Origin: Candidatus Latescibacterota bacterium
Lineage (GTDB): Bacteria > Latescibacterota > UBA2968 > UBA8231
Assembly: GCA_965219385.1 (NCBI GenBank)
Contig: CBDCNM010000002.1
Coordinates: 4,288,305 to 4,352,304 of the forward strand
Direction of reading: 5' to 3'
DNA length: 64,000 nucleotides
Made by a program: the position numbers and the translations under genes. The notes beneath the pieces are model-generated. The model did not search any database. It was not told the origin of the DNA and saw only the letters and a list, made by a program, of their open reading frames with translations. Shown one piece after another: positions 1 to 9,116 of this stretch. How positions within the stretch are numbered: position 1 is the stretch's first letter; every line of letters starts with the position of its first letter.

Positions 1-1020
1 CCGGCCAGTTGGCCGAGGCCCTGCCCGGCATCGTGCCCGAGCAATTGCCCGGCCTGCGCTAATGTCATGGGCAGATTGAACATCGAGACGGAGCCTCTCG
101 GTGAAGAGCCCGACGAAAATCGACCGCCTTTCTTCTTTGTGGAGGCGGACGGTACCACCCCCATTACGGCCTATGACCTGCCGCGCATCGAGTCGGCCAT
201 TACCCAGACCATCGAGCTGGGCTACAAGGTGGTGGTGGCTGCGGATCTGTACCAGTCCAGGATCGAGAATTTTGTCGGGGCGATTTCGGTGGAGACTCCC
301 AATGTCTTCCTCGATCCGCAGAGTCTGGGCGCCGCCTTGGACGAGGGGATCGGCAAGGCCTTGTCCGATCCGGCCAACGCCGACCTGGCCGCGGCCCTGA
401 CGGCGCTGGACGCGGCGCAGGTGCCGGGGGTGGTGCAAGGCAACAACAACGGCACGCCGGTGGACGAACTGGCCGGCATCCTCACTGCGGGGGCGGCGGC
501 CATCCCCTACGGCACGGTCTCGCCTGAGCAGGCATCCGATCCCTACGCGATGATTATGAGCTACCGCAATTTTGAAGATGTGACCATCCGCGGGCTGGAT
601 CTGAGCCTGGCCTACTACCCCGCCGCTCACTGGAAGCTCACGGGGAACTACTCCTTCGTGGACGACAACTTGTTCGAGAATCTGAAGTTCTCCAAGGCCG
701 AGGGGGGCGCCGACATCGCCCTCAACGCGCCCCGGCACAAGGTCAAGCTGGGGATGGGCTACGACTTCGCCGAATGGGGGCTGGAGGTGGGTGGCCGGGT
801 GCGCTACATCGATTCCTTCCCCATGGGCTCGGGGGTCTACGTGGGCGACGTGGATTCCTACACGGTGCTGGACCTGAACCTGACCTACCAGTTGCCCCTG
901 GAGCAGGACCTGGTGCTGCGGGTCGATGCGAGCAACGTGCTGGACCAGGCCTATCGGTCGTTCGTCGGCGCTCCGGAGGTGGGCCGCCTCGTCTTCGGGC
1001 AGGTGGGGCTGGGCTTCTGA
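1..1020 (+). CDS. TonB-dependent outer-membrane receptor, C-terminal part (5' end outside window; apparent frameshift near 57-66)
   Basis: Beta-barrel strands, NAPxHK motif, LDLNLTY...ASNVLDQAY...GR terminal region and C-terminal Phe (GLGF). Coding-like sequence upstream of 67 is in another frame. Confidence 0.85.
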   Translation, partial: PASWPRPCPASCPSNCPACANVMGRLNIETEPLGEEPDENRPPFFFVEADGTTPITAYDLPRIESAITQTIELGYKVVVAADLYQSRIENFVGAISVETPNVFLDPQSLGAALDEGIGKALSDPANADLAAALTALDAAQVPGVVQGNNNGTPVDELAGILTAGAAAIPYGTVSPEQASDPYAMIMSYRNFEDVTIRGLDLSLAYYPAAHWKLTGNYSFVDDNLFENLKFSKAEGGADIALNAPRHKVKLGMGYDFAEWGLEVGGRVRYIDSFPMGSGVYVGDVDSYTVLDLNLTYQLPLEQDLVLRVDASNVLDQAYRSFVGAPEVGRLVFGQVGLGF

Positions 1021-1035
1021 GGGCGCCGCAAAGTA

Positions 1036-1077
1036 GGCAAAACGGGGGGCGGCTTGGCGTTCCCCGTTTTTTGTGCC
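1036..1077 (+). terminator. Rho-independent terminator
   Basis: aaaacgggg...ccccgtttttt stem followed by a U-tract, starting 16 nt after the receptor stop. Confidence 0.75.
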
Positions 1078-1219
1078 CAGCCGGTGTTTGAGGGCGTTGA
1101 TCTCATCGACCAGAAGGAATCGATTCTCGCAATGCGGCCATCCCGTCCATGAGGCGAGCCCCAAATCTGAGCGGCTGGAGTTGGGGCTGGGTGCTCGCTA
1201 CGCCGATTCGGGACGTAGC

Positions 1220-1248
1220 TTGACAGTTGAGTTGACAGTCCGTAAGTT
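1220..1248 (+). promoter_or_regulatory. Candidate sigma70 promoter for the oxygenase-MMPL operon
   Basis: TTGACA (1220-1225), 17-bp spacer, TAAGTT (1243-1248). A second ttgacagt direct repeat lies at 1232-1239. Confidence 0.5.
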
Positions 1249-1280
1249 AATGAAGTGTAGGTGGTTAAGTGATGCTGGAA

Positions 1281-1336
1281 CGCGGGACCTCGGGCGCGGG
1301 ACCTCGGGCGCGGGACCTCGGGCGCGGGACCTCGGG
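1281..1336. repeat. Perfect tandem repeat, 4 x 14 bp (cgcgggacctcggg)
   Basis: Units read directly at 1281, 1295, 1309 and 1323. Confidence 0.95.
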
Positions 1337-1372
1337 GCGTGGCTGTCGTTCGGATAATTCCCTTATTATCCA

Positions 1373-2566
1373 TTGGCAATGGACTTCTCAAAGGTTGCCT
1401 GCAATATGAAAGCGCCACAACCACCTTCGGCATACACCGAAGGGTACGCGAAGGCCCGCCTCTACGACCAGGAAGCGGCCGACAACTATATCAGGCACAT
1501 CTCCATTGGCGACCCAGAACTGGATCCGGTGATAGAGGAACTCTCCTCGTTGCCGCCTGGTGACCTGCACCGCTTCATCGGGGCTGGCATTGAGCAGCAG
1601 AATGAGGTTCTGAGCCAGGCGCCGCAGGTTCTGCGCGATTTCTTCAAAAACCTTGAAGAGCCTCCCTGGCTCGACTACGAAGCCTTTCGTCCGGGGAGAC
1701 GCGCCTTTCACGCAAACGTAGACCTCATGCTCGTCGCATTCGTTACGGGGGTGTTGGTGGAAGGCTTTTCGACGCTTATCGCCAAGTCGTTCAATATTAC
1801 CGGGCGGGTAGCGTCAACCAAAAGGCGCCTCCAGCAGAATAACCGCCACATGATGGATATTTTTTACCCCGGCGGCTTGCGGAGAGATGGCGATGGATAC
1901 AGGCTATCCACGCGCATTCGCTTCGTTCACAGTCAAATAAGGACCCTGCTGGCGAAATCCGACGATTGGGATCACGATGCTTGGGGCACGCCGATAAGCT
2001 CGGCGCACCTTGGTTTTGCCATCTCCGTCTTCTCCAAGCGCCTGTTGGAATACTCGATGTTGGTGGGCGCGAGTTTCAACGAGGAAGAAAAAGCAAGTGT
2101 TCTCAGTGTTTGGCGCTACAGCGGCTATCTCATGGGGATACCTGAGACCATCCTCTATACCAACGGAGAGGATGCGGAAAAAGTTTACAAGATCGCCTAT
2201 ATGTGCGAGCCGCCGCCGACGCCCGAATCGGTAACCGTGGCGAATATGTTGATCCAGGCCATTCCGACAGTTGCGGATATAACAGATCCAGTTGAACAGA
2301 AAAAATTGACAACTTTGGCCTACCGCCTTTCGCGCGCCCTCCTAGGAAACGAACTCGCTGACCAGTTCCAGTTTCCAAAGTCCTTTGCTGCGGGAACACT
2401 GTTCAGTTACCGATGGAAACAACGCTTTCTGAGACTTCTGAAGGCCAAACAGGTGGTCAGGTCAGAAAATTTTTCTCAGCTTCTCGAAATCTCGGTGTAC
2501 GACGAGGATGGAGTGAGTTACAAGATGCCCGACCACGTCCATACATCAAAATCCAGCCCTTGGTGA
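1373..2566 (+). CDS. MpaB/Lcp-like (DUF2236) oxygenase family protein
   Basis: 397 aa with GDPxLD, PPWLD, RIRFVHSQIR (conserved R..H), WGTPIS and WRYSGYLMGI motifs. The start may be the ATG at 1379. Confidence 0.8.
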   Translation: MAMDFSKVACNMKAPQPPSAYTEGYAKARLYDQEAADNYIRHISIGDPELDPVIEELSSLPPGDLHRFIGAGIEQQNEVLSQAPQVLRDFFKNLEEPPWLDYEAFRPGRRAFHANVDLMLVAFVTGVLVEGFSTLIAKSFNITGRVASTKRRLQQNNRHMMDIFYPGGLRRDGDGYRLSTRIRFVHSQIRTLLAKSDDWDHDAWGTPISSAHLGFAISVFSKRLLEYSMLVGASFNEEEKASVLSVWRYSGYLMGIPETILYTNGEDAEKVYKIAYMCEPPPTPESVTVANMLIQAIPTVADITDPVEQKKLTTLAYRLSRALLGNELADQFQFPKSFAAGTLFSYRWKQRFLRLLKAKQVVRSENFSQLLEISVYDEDGVSYKMPDHVHTSKSSPW

Positions 2567-2594
2567 GCGATGCCTGCACCGTCAATGGCCTGCA

Positions 2595-2718
2595 CTCGCA
2601 ACGCTGGTCATACCGGTCGTGACGGCTGGTGTTCGCTTTATCACTGACCAGCGATCACCGCATTCTGTTTAGCGAAGACAATCCGCAACTCGCCGCTTTC
2701 GACGCTCTGGAGAACACC
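2595..2718 (+). repeat. Degenerate copy of the MMPL gene 5' region (2777-2902)
   Basis: About 124 bp aligning with 2777-2902, with transitions and a small indel. Confidence 0.9.
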
Positions 2719-2719
2719 C

Positions 2720-5002
2720 ATGCGCCTGGAAAGCTACATCGCCGCCATTTTGCGCCGTCGGTGGCTGGTCGTTTTGCTCGCAACGCTGGTCATGCTGGCC
2801 ACGACGGCTGGTGTTCGCTTTATCACCGTTACCAACGATTACCGCATTCTGTTTAGCGAAGACAATCCGCAACTCGCCGCTTTCAACGCCCTGGAAAACA
2901 CCTACTCCGTTTCCAATACGGCCCTGATTGCCATGGCGCCGCGCGAGGGTTCGGTGTTCACCCGCGAGGCCCTTGGCGCGGTTGAAGAGCTGACCGAAGC
3001 TGCGTGGCGCGCGCCTTATTCCAGTCGGGTCAACTCCCTTACCAACTATACCCACAGCGAAGCCCTCGAGGATGAACTCATTGTCGCCCCGCTCGTCGAG
3101 GACGCGCCTTCACTGAGTGATACCGACGTGGCCCGAATTGAGGGGATCGCGTTGGACGCGGCTGAAATTGCCGGGCGTCTGGTCTCCCATGACGGACGCA
3201 CGGCCGGGGTGGCCATCAATTTCATCCTGCCCGAAAACCCGGACCAGGCCGTGGTCGAAATTACCGATTATCTCAATTCGCTCCTGGAGCAAGCCCGCAC
3301 GAGCCACCCGGATATTCATTATTACATGACCGGCGATGTCATCATGCACCGGGCTTTCGCCGATGCCACCCAGGACGACATGCAGACCCTGACACCTATT
3401 GTGTTTCTCATCATCGTAGGTGCCACAATTATTCTCCTGCGTTCGGTTCTCGGCACCGTGGCCATCGTTGCCGTGCTCCTATTCGTCATCAATACCACCA
3501 TGGGGTTTGCCGGTTGGAACGGCGTGGTGTTCAGCCCCACCAACGCCGGCGTGCCGATCATCGTCATGGTCATAGCCATCGCAGATTCAATCCACATCGT
3601 CACGACTGTCCTGCTAGGTATAAGACGTGGCCTGACCAGAAACGCGGCGATTGTCGAATCGATCCGCATCAATGCCTACCCGGTATTTATCACCTCGGTC
3701 ACGACTGCGATCGGATTCCTCAGCCTGAACGCCTCGGATTCGCCGCCTTTTCACATCTTGGGCAACTACGTGGCGTTCGGCGTATTATGCGCCCTCATAT
3801 ACACCATGACGCTCCTGCCGGCATTGCTCTCGATTCTGCCATTGCGCGCCCCCCGTGTCCAGTCCGAGGGAACCGCCTTCTTCGACCGCTTTGCCGACTT
3901 TGTCATCGCTCGGCGTACGTTCCTGCTTTGGTCCGTCACCTTGGTGGTAGTTGTTCTGGTAACCGGCATTCCCCGCATTGAACTAAGCGACAACATGGCG
4001 CAGTATTTTGATGACCGGTACGAGTTCCGGCGCGATACGGATTATGTCATTGATAACCTGACCGGCCTAGACAAGCTGGAATATTCGCTGAATGCAGGGC
4101 GCGAAGGCGGCATCACCGATCCCGACTATTTGCGCAAGGTTGACGCTTTCGCCGAATGGTACCGGCAGCAATCCGAAGTGACCCATGTCCAGGCGTTTTC
4201 GGATATTATGAAACGTCTCAACAAAAACATGCACGGCGATGATCCAGCCTTCTATTGCTTGCCCGAAGACCCGGACCTCGCGGCGCAGTACCTGTTGCTT
4301 TACGAGCTTTCGCTTCCGTTCGGCAGCGACCTCAACGACCGCATCGATGTCGCCAAATCCGCCACGCGTCTAGTCGTGGTGACCAAAAATGCGTGGTCGC
4401 GAGATATACGTGAACTCGATAAGCGCGCCCAGGTCTGGCTCCGCGCCAATGCACCCGCTTTTGCACACGAAGCATCGGGCCTGAGCGTTGTCTTTGCCCA
4501 CCTGTCTCTGCGAAATATCAACAGCATGTTGCGCGGTACGATCTTGGCCATGGCGCTCATTTCGTTCATCCTGATCTGGATTTTCAAGAGCGTTCGGATC
4601 GGGCTCCTCAGTCTTCTGCCCAATTTTATCCCCGCACTTATGAGCTTCGGCCTGTGGGGCTATCTCGTCGGCCACGTGGGCATTGCCTCCTCGGTGGTGA
4701 TCGCCGTTGTCTTCGGGATTGTCGTGGACGATACCATTTATTTTCTGAGCAAATATCTGAAGGCCCGCCGCGAGGGTCTTCCGGCACCCGAGGCCGTGCG
4801 CTCTGCCTTCCGCACTGTGGGCCATGCGTTATGGACGACGACCGCCGTCTTGTCGGCGGGATTCCTGGTGTTCGCCACATCGGGATTTGAGGTGAGCTGG
4901 GCACTCGGTCTTTTGGTCACGATTACGATTGTCTTCGCGCTTGTCGCCGACTTTTTACTCCTTCCGACTCTGCTGATTGCCATCGACCGGAGAAATCCAT
5001 GA
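2720..5002 (+). CDS. MMPL/RND-family lipid transporter
   Basis: 760 aa, two hydrophobic halves, IAIADSIH and GIVVDDTIYF motifs. Confidence 0.9.
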   Translation: MRLESYIAAILRRRWLVVLLATLVMLATTAGVRFITVTNDYRILFSEDNPQLAAFNALENTYSVSNTALIAMAPREGSVFTREALGAVEELTEAAWRAPYSSRVNSLTNYTHSEALEDELIVAPLVEDAPSLSDTDVARIEGIALDAAEIAGRLVSHDGRTAGVAINFILPENPDQAVVEITDYLNSLLEQARTSHPDIHYYMTGDVIMHRAFADATQDDMQTLTPIVFLIIVGATIILLRSVLGTVAIVAVLLFVINTTMGFAGWNGVVFSPTNAGVPIIVMVIAIADSIHIVTTVLLGIRRGLTRNAAIVESIRINAYPVFITSVTTAIGFLSLNASDSPPFHILGNYVAFGVLCALIYTMTLLPALLSILPLRAPRVQSEGTAFFDRFADFVIARRTFLLWSVTLVVVVLVTGIPRIELSDNMAQYFDDRYEFRRDTDYVIDNLTGLDKLEYSLNAGREGGITDPDYLRKVDAFAEWYRQQSEVTHVQAFSDIMKRLNKNMHGDDPAFYCLPEDPDLAAQYLLLYELSLPFGSDLNDRIDVAKSATRLVVVTKNAWSRDIRELDKRAQVWLRANAPAFAHEASGLSVVFAHLSLRNINSMLRGTILAMALISFILIWIFKSVRIGLLSLLPNFIPALMSFGLWGYLVGHVGIASSVVIAVVFGIVVDDTIYFLSKYLKARREGLPAPEAVRSAFRTVGHALWTTTAVLSAGFLVFATSGFEVSWALGLLVTITIVFALVADFLLLPTLLIAIDRRNP

Positions 5003-5820
5003 TTTCCACACGATCCATGCTGCCGTTTTTTGCGCTTTGTCCAATCATTTTGACTTGTCTTGGCATGGCAACGCCCGCTCATGCCGAAAGTGCCACCCCC
5101 GAGGAAACCGGGCTGAAAATCGCCCAGGATTCCCGCGCTCGCGAGGAAGGTTTCGGCAACTTTACGGCCCAACAAACCATGGTGCTGCGCAACAAACACG
5201 GGCAAGAGAGCCGACGCCAGCTCCGGGTAAAGGTTCTCGAGGTCCCCAGAGACGGAGACAAGAGCCTGTTTGTGTTCGACGAGCCGCGCGATGTCCAGGG
5301 AACGGCGTTGCTCATTCACGCGCACGCGCATCGGGAGAGTGCGGACGATCAATGGCTCTATCTACCCGCTCTGAAACGAGTCAAGCGCATTAGTTCGTCG
5401 AACCGGTCCGGCTCCTTCATGGGGAGTGAATTTGCCTATGAAGACCTGACCGCCCAAGTAGTGGAGAAATTCACCTACCGCTACCTGCGCGATGAGCCTT
5501 GCGGCGATTTAATATGCACGGTCTCCGAACGCTTCCCCGTGGACAAGAAATCGGGCTACAGCCGCCAACTGGTCTGGCGCGACAAGGACGCGCTTCGCGT
5601 CTGGAAAGTGCAGTACTACGACCGCAAGGATGCCCATCTTAAGACCCTCACCCTGGAGAACTACGAGCAGTATCTGGATCGTTACTGGCGCGCTGGCGAG
5701 ATGACGATGGAAAATCATCTGACCGGGAAAAGCACCGTTCTGACTTGGACGGATTTTCAATTCCAAACAGACCTCGATGACCGCGATTTCACCCGAACCG
5801 GGCTGAAACGGGCGCGTTGA
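4999..5820 (+). CDS. Outer-membrane lipoprotein-sorting (LolA-like) protein
   Basis: Signal peptide; DDQWLYLPALKRVKRISS..RSGSFMGSEFAYEDL motif; ATGA overlap with the MMPL gene. Confidence 0.88.
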   Translation: MISTRSMLPFFALCPIILTCLGMATPAHAESATPEETGLKIAQDSRAREEGFGNFTAQQTMVLRNKHGQESRRQLRVKVLEVPRDGDKSLFVFDEPRDVQGTALLIHAHAHRESADDQWLYLPALKRVKRISSSNRSGSFMGSEFAYEDLTAQVVEKFTYRYLRDEPCGDLICTVSERFPVDKKSGYSRQLVWRDKDALRVWKVQYYDRKDAHLKTLTLENYEQYLDRYWRAGEMTMENHLTGKSTVLTWTDFQFQTDLDDRDFTRTGLKRAR

Positions 5821-7070
5821 TGCTACTCCGTGCCGCTCTCGGTGCTGTCTGGATCTTGGCCTCGGCCTTTGCCGTCGAAGCACGCGCCGGAACCAGGATT
5901 GGCCACGAGTTTTCCGGGCGCTTGAATGTCGAAAGCCGATGGTTTCCTGAAGCCGGCGCCCATCCCGGCCAGCGCTCGCACGCGAGCGGCTTTGTTGCGG
6001 TGCCCAAACTCTATCTTGAAGACGTCGAAGGTAGAAGCCTCACTCTGGCACCGTTTTTTCGTTACGACAACGCGGATCTACGCCGCACCCATGCCGATCT
6101 GCGCGAAGCCTATCTGCTGCTATTCGGCGCAATCGGCGCTGGCGAATGGGAGTTGCGCGTGGGCGTCGACCGGGTGTTCTGGGGAGTCACCGAATCGCAA
6201 CACCTGGTCGATACCGTCAACCAGATCGACTTCGTCGAACATCCAAACGGAGAGGCCAAGCTGGGGCAACCCATGGTCCATTTCACTTGGTCTAGTGATC
6301 GGGGTGTGATGGAAATACTTGGTCTGCCCTATCACCGCGCGCGCACCTTTCCGGGCCGCTCCGGCCGCCTGCGCCTTCCGCTCGTCGTAGACGATGAGCA
6401 GGTCGAGTACGAAAGCGCGGCCGAGGAGCGGCACCTGGATCTCGCCACCCGCTACAGTCACAGTTTCGGATCCCTCGATATGGGTGTGAGCGCATTCGAC
6501 GGCACCAGCCGGGAGCCTTTTCTGCGGCCGGGTGGGGACCCTGACGCGCCGGCCCTGGTTCAGTACTACGCGCAGATCCGCCAGTTTGGGCTGGACGCCC
6601 AGCTAACTATCGGCTCCTGGTTGTTCAAGCTGGAGGCCATTCAGCGCGCCGGCGCTCGAAACCTTTCCGGCAGGGAAGAGGATTACGTGGCTTCCGTTTT
6701 TGGCGGAGAGTACACCTTCTATTCCGTATTTGGCTCCGCTGCCGATCTCAGCCTACTCGGCGAATGGAATTACGATGGGCGGGGCCGCAATGCGACCCCA
6801 GGGCGCTCGCCCAATACGCTCGAAAACGATCTCTTCTTCGCCGCGCGCCTGGCGCTAAACGATGTCCAGAGCAGCGAAATTGTCGCCAGTATTCTGGGAG
6901 ACGCCGACCGGGCTACACGCGCACTGGCGGTCGAATTGGACCGGCGCATCTCCGACCAGTGGTCTGTGACCCTAGAGTCGATCTATCTCCTCAGTATCGA
7001 CAAAGCGGATATCCACTACGAGACACGGCGCGACAGCTTCATTGATCTGGGCCTGATGTATAATTTCTAG
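5817..7070 (+). CDS. Outer-membrane beta-barrel protein of the MMPL/LolA-like operon
   Basis: Signal peptide, DLREAY, VFWGVTES..LVD..NQ, C-terminal YNF; overlaps the upstream stop. Confidence 0.75.
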   Translation: MMLLRAALGAVWILASAFAVEARAGTRIGHEFSGRLNVESRWFPEAGAHPGQRSHASGFVAVPKLYLEDVEGRSLTLAPFFRYDNADLRRTHADLREAYLLLFGAIGAGEWELRVGVDRVFWGVTESQHLVDTVNQIDFVEHPNGEAKLGQPMVHFTWSSDRGVMEILGLPYHRARTFPGRSGRLRLPLVVDDEQVEYESAAEERHLDLATRYSHSFGSLDMGVSAFDGTSREPFLRPGGDPDAPALVQYYAQIRQFGLDAQLTIGSWLFKLEAIQRAGARNLSGREEDYVASVFGGEYTFYSVFGSAADLSLLGEWNYDGRGRNATPGRSPNTLENDLFFAARLALNDVQSSEIVASILGDADRATRALAVELDRRISDQWSVTLESIYLLSIDKADIHYETRRDSFIDLGLMYNF

Positions 7071-7074
7071 TTCG

Positions 7075-7300
7075 GGGGATTCGCGGCCAGCCCATCCGGT
7101 TGGGCGGCGAAATTCAGCTCCGGCTGCGGGTCGGGCCGCGTCCACCGGCGGCGCCCGTGACGGCAGGCCGCCGCCTGCAAGGTAGGCGTGTACCGAGGGG
7201 GTCGGTCAGGGCGGCAATGATCCTCATACAGCCACCGCACGCCGGACACTGGCTGTCCACTTGCTGGCCGATAGCCGCGTCCATGGAGCCGCGCATTATG
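7075..7300 (-). pseudogene. IS91-family (rolling-circle) transposase C-terminal remnant
   Basis: CPACGGxMRIIAALTDP followed by frameshifted ...RPDPQPEL, resembling IS91/ISCR transposase C-termini. Confidence 0.6.
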
Positions 7301-7393
7301 CCGTCGCCTCGACGAGGGCGTTGCGAAATTTCACAAAGCTGTGAGAGTGGTTGCAGTCCAGGTTGATGTGAGCGGCAATGGTACGCGCCGCTT

Positions 7394-7711
7394 CTACCTT
7401 GCGCAACCCGTTTTTGAAGTAGCCACCGTTCTGCAAGATGCGTTCAAACGCCTCCCAAGTGCCGCCTGTTGCTTGAGTCTATGGCAATTATCGTCATCGC
7501 AATCAACCACCACGACGATGTGCCCATAGTTCGACGGCCAATGGGCATAACCCTTTAGACGAGCCTGTAATTTACCCAACATGTCTGTCTTGCCCTGAAA
7601 CGCATGGACGCGAAAGGTGCAGTCGGAAAATAGGCGTGGGAGTAATACACTCAGGAATGCCTCCATAGAAGGCTCTTCGACCAGAAACTCCAGATGGGGA
7701 TTTGTCATCAT
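7394..7711 (-). pseudogene. DUF4276-like (TOPRIM-like) partner of the ATPase, 3'-truncated
   Basis: LEFLVEEPSMEAFL, FQGK.D.L.KL..RL.GY and VVVVDCDDD motifs; only 105 aa. Confidence 0.7.
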
Positions 7712-8408
7712 TCATCCCTTCTGAATGGCCCAGTGGCCCCGCCTTGGTTGACCAGTGGATCGCCCACGTTGAAGTAGCCTTCCATCCACAGGTGGCTGAG
7801 CAGTGCGCCTTGGTCCATAAACGCACGCACCTCCCCTACATCCGCGACGTATTGTGTTTGCGTGTAGCCTCGCTCGTCGCGCCAGAGAACGCGCACCTCT
7901 TTGGGCTGTAAGGCGTCGAGAAAAAAAGGCGAATGCGTGGTGACCAGTAGCTGGGTGCGCTCGCTGGCTGCGCGGCACTCCTCGGCCAGTTCCACAAGCA
8001 GCCGGGGATGGAGGAAGTTCTCCGGCTCCTCAATGCCGATAAAGGGCGGTGGGGCCGGGTCGTGGAGCAGGACCAAGTAGGTCAGCATTTTGAGCGTACC
8101 GTCGGAGGCGAATCGCGCCAGCACCGGGTGGCTGAACGGGGCGTCCTTGATTTGCAACAGCAGGCGACCGTCGGGCATGGCATCGGCCAGCACCTTCTCA
8201 ATGCGAGGTACGCGCCGGCGCAGCCCCAGCTCGAAGCACTCCGCCAGAAACGCGAACACATCAAAACGGTGGACTTGCCGCTGCCGTTGGGGCCGAGCAG
8301 CACCGTCAGCGGTGTCAGATTTTTGAACTCGACATGCCGTAGGGCGCGGAAATTCTGCACCTTCAGATATTCAATGCGTGCCGGGGTAGTGGGTTGTACA
8401 GTGGTTAA
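7708..8408 (-). pseudogene. ABC/AAA_21-type ATPase; frameshifted, internally deleted, start displaced to 14262 by insertion
   Basis: Walker A GPNGSGKS in one frame; SDGTL signature, Walker B IGIEEPE and TTHSP in another; middle region missing. Confidence 0.85.
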
Positions 8409-9116
8409 GAGCCTATACGAAAATTGATTTCCTATTGATAAACAGGTCTTGGCGCCCTACGCTTTCCTTACATCTGACCCTCAACCAAGAGTCGGTTCCG
8501 CCCGTGGGTCAAACCAGGCGTGTTTCTCCGAGCCTGGCAGACGGTGTTGGACTACGATGATACGCAAGGGGGCATTGCTTGGAAATGGCAAGCCCTCGAT
8601 GGGGTAATTACCAAAGCGCCGTTGGGCGGCGAGGATACCGGTCCGTCGCCGGTAGATCGGGGTAAAAAGGGTACCAAACGGTCGGTATTGACCGACCCGC
8701 GAGGCGCGCCGCTGGCCGTGGAAATAACCGGAGCCCATACGCCCGACAAAACGGGGGCGCTGGCGACGCTGGAGGGCATCGTCGTGGAGCGGCCCGAGAA
8801 AGTCGTCTATCGGCTACATCATCGGTGTTTGGACAAAGGCTATGACTACGCCGAGGTCATCGAAGGGGTCGAGCAACGCGACGATCACCTACACTGGGCC
8901 AAAACTAAAGCAGAAAAAGCCGCTACACCCACCCAAAAGAAACATCCGGCTCGTCGATGGGTGGTGGAAAGAACCCATGCTTGGCACCATCGGTTCCGCC
9001 GGCTGCTGATCCGATGGGAGAAGAAAACTACCCATTACCAAGCATTAATGCACGTAGCTTCTGTGCTTATCATTTTTCGAATCGTCGAACGGTTGACGTG
9101 ATTTTCGTATAGGCTC
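8409..9116 (+). mobile_element. IS5-family element, copy 1 (708 bp; truncated transposase 8520-9101)
   Basis: 16-bp terminal inverted repeats gagcctatacgaaaat; DG..TKAPLGG, DKGYD and RWVVERTH motifs. Confidence 0.92.

Noticed and set aside
2595..2902. Near-duplicate pair as a DGR template/variable repeat
   Set aside because: Differences are mixed transitions plus an indel rather than adenine-specific, and no reverse transcriptase is in the window.
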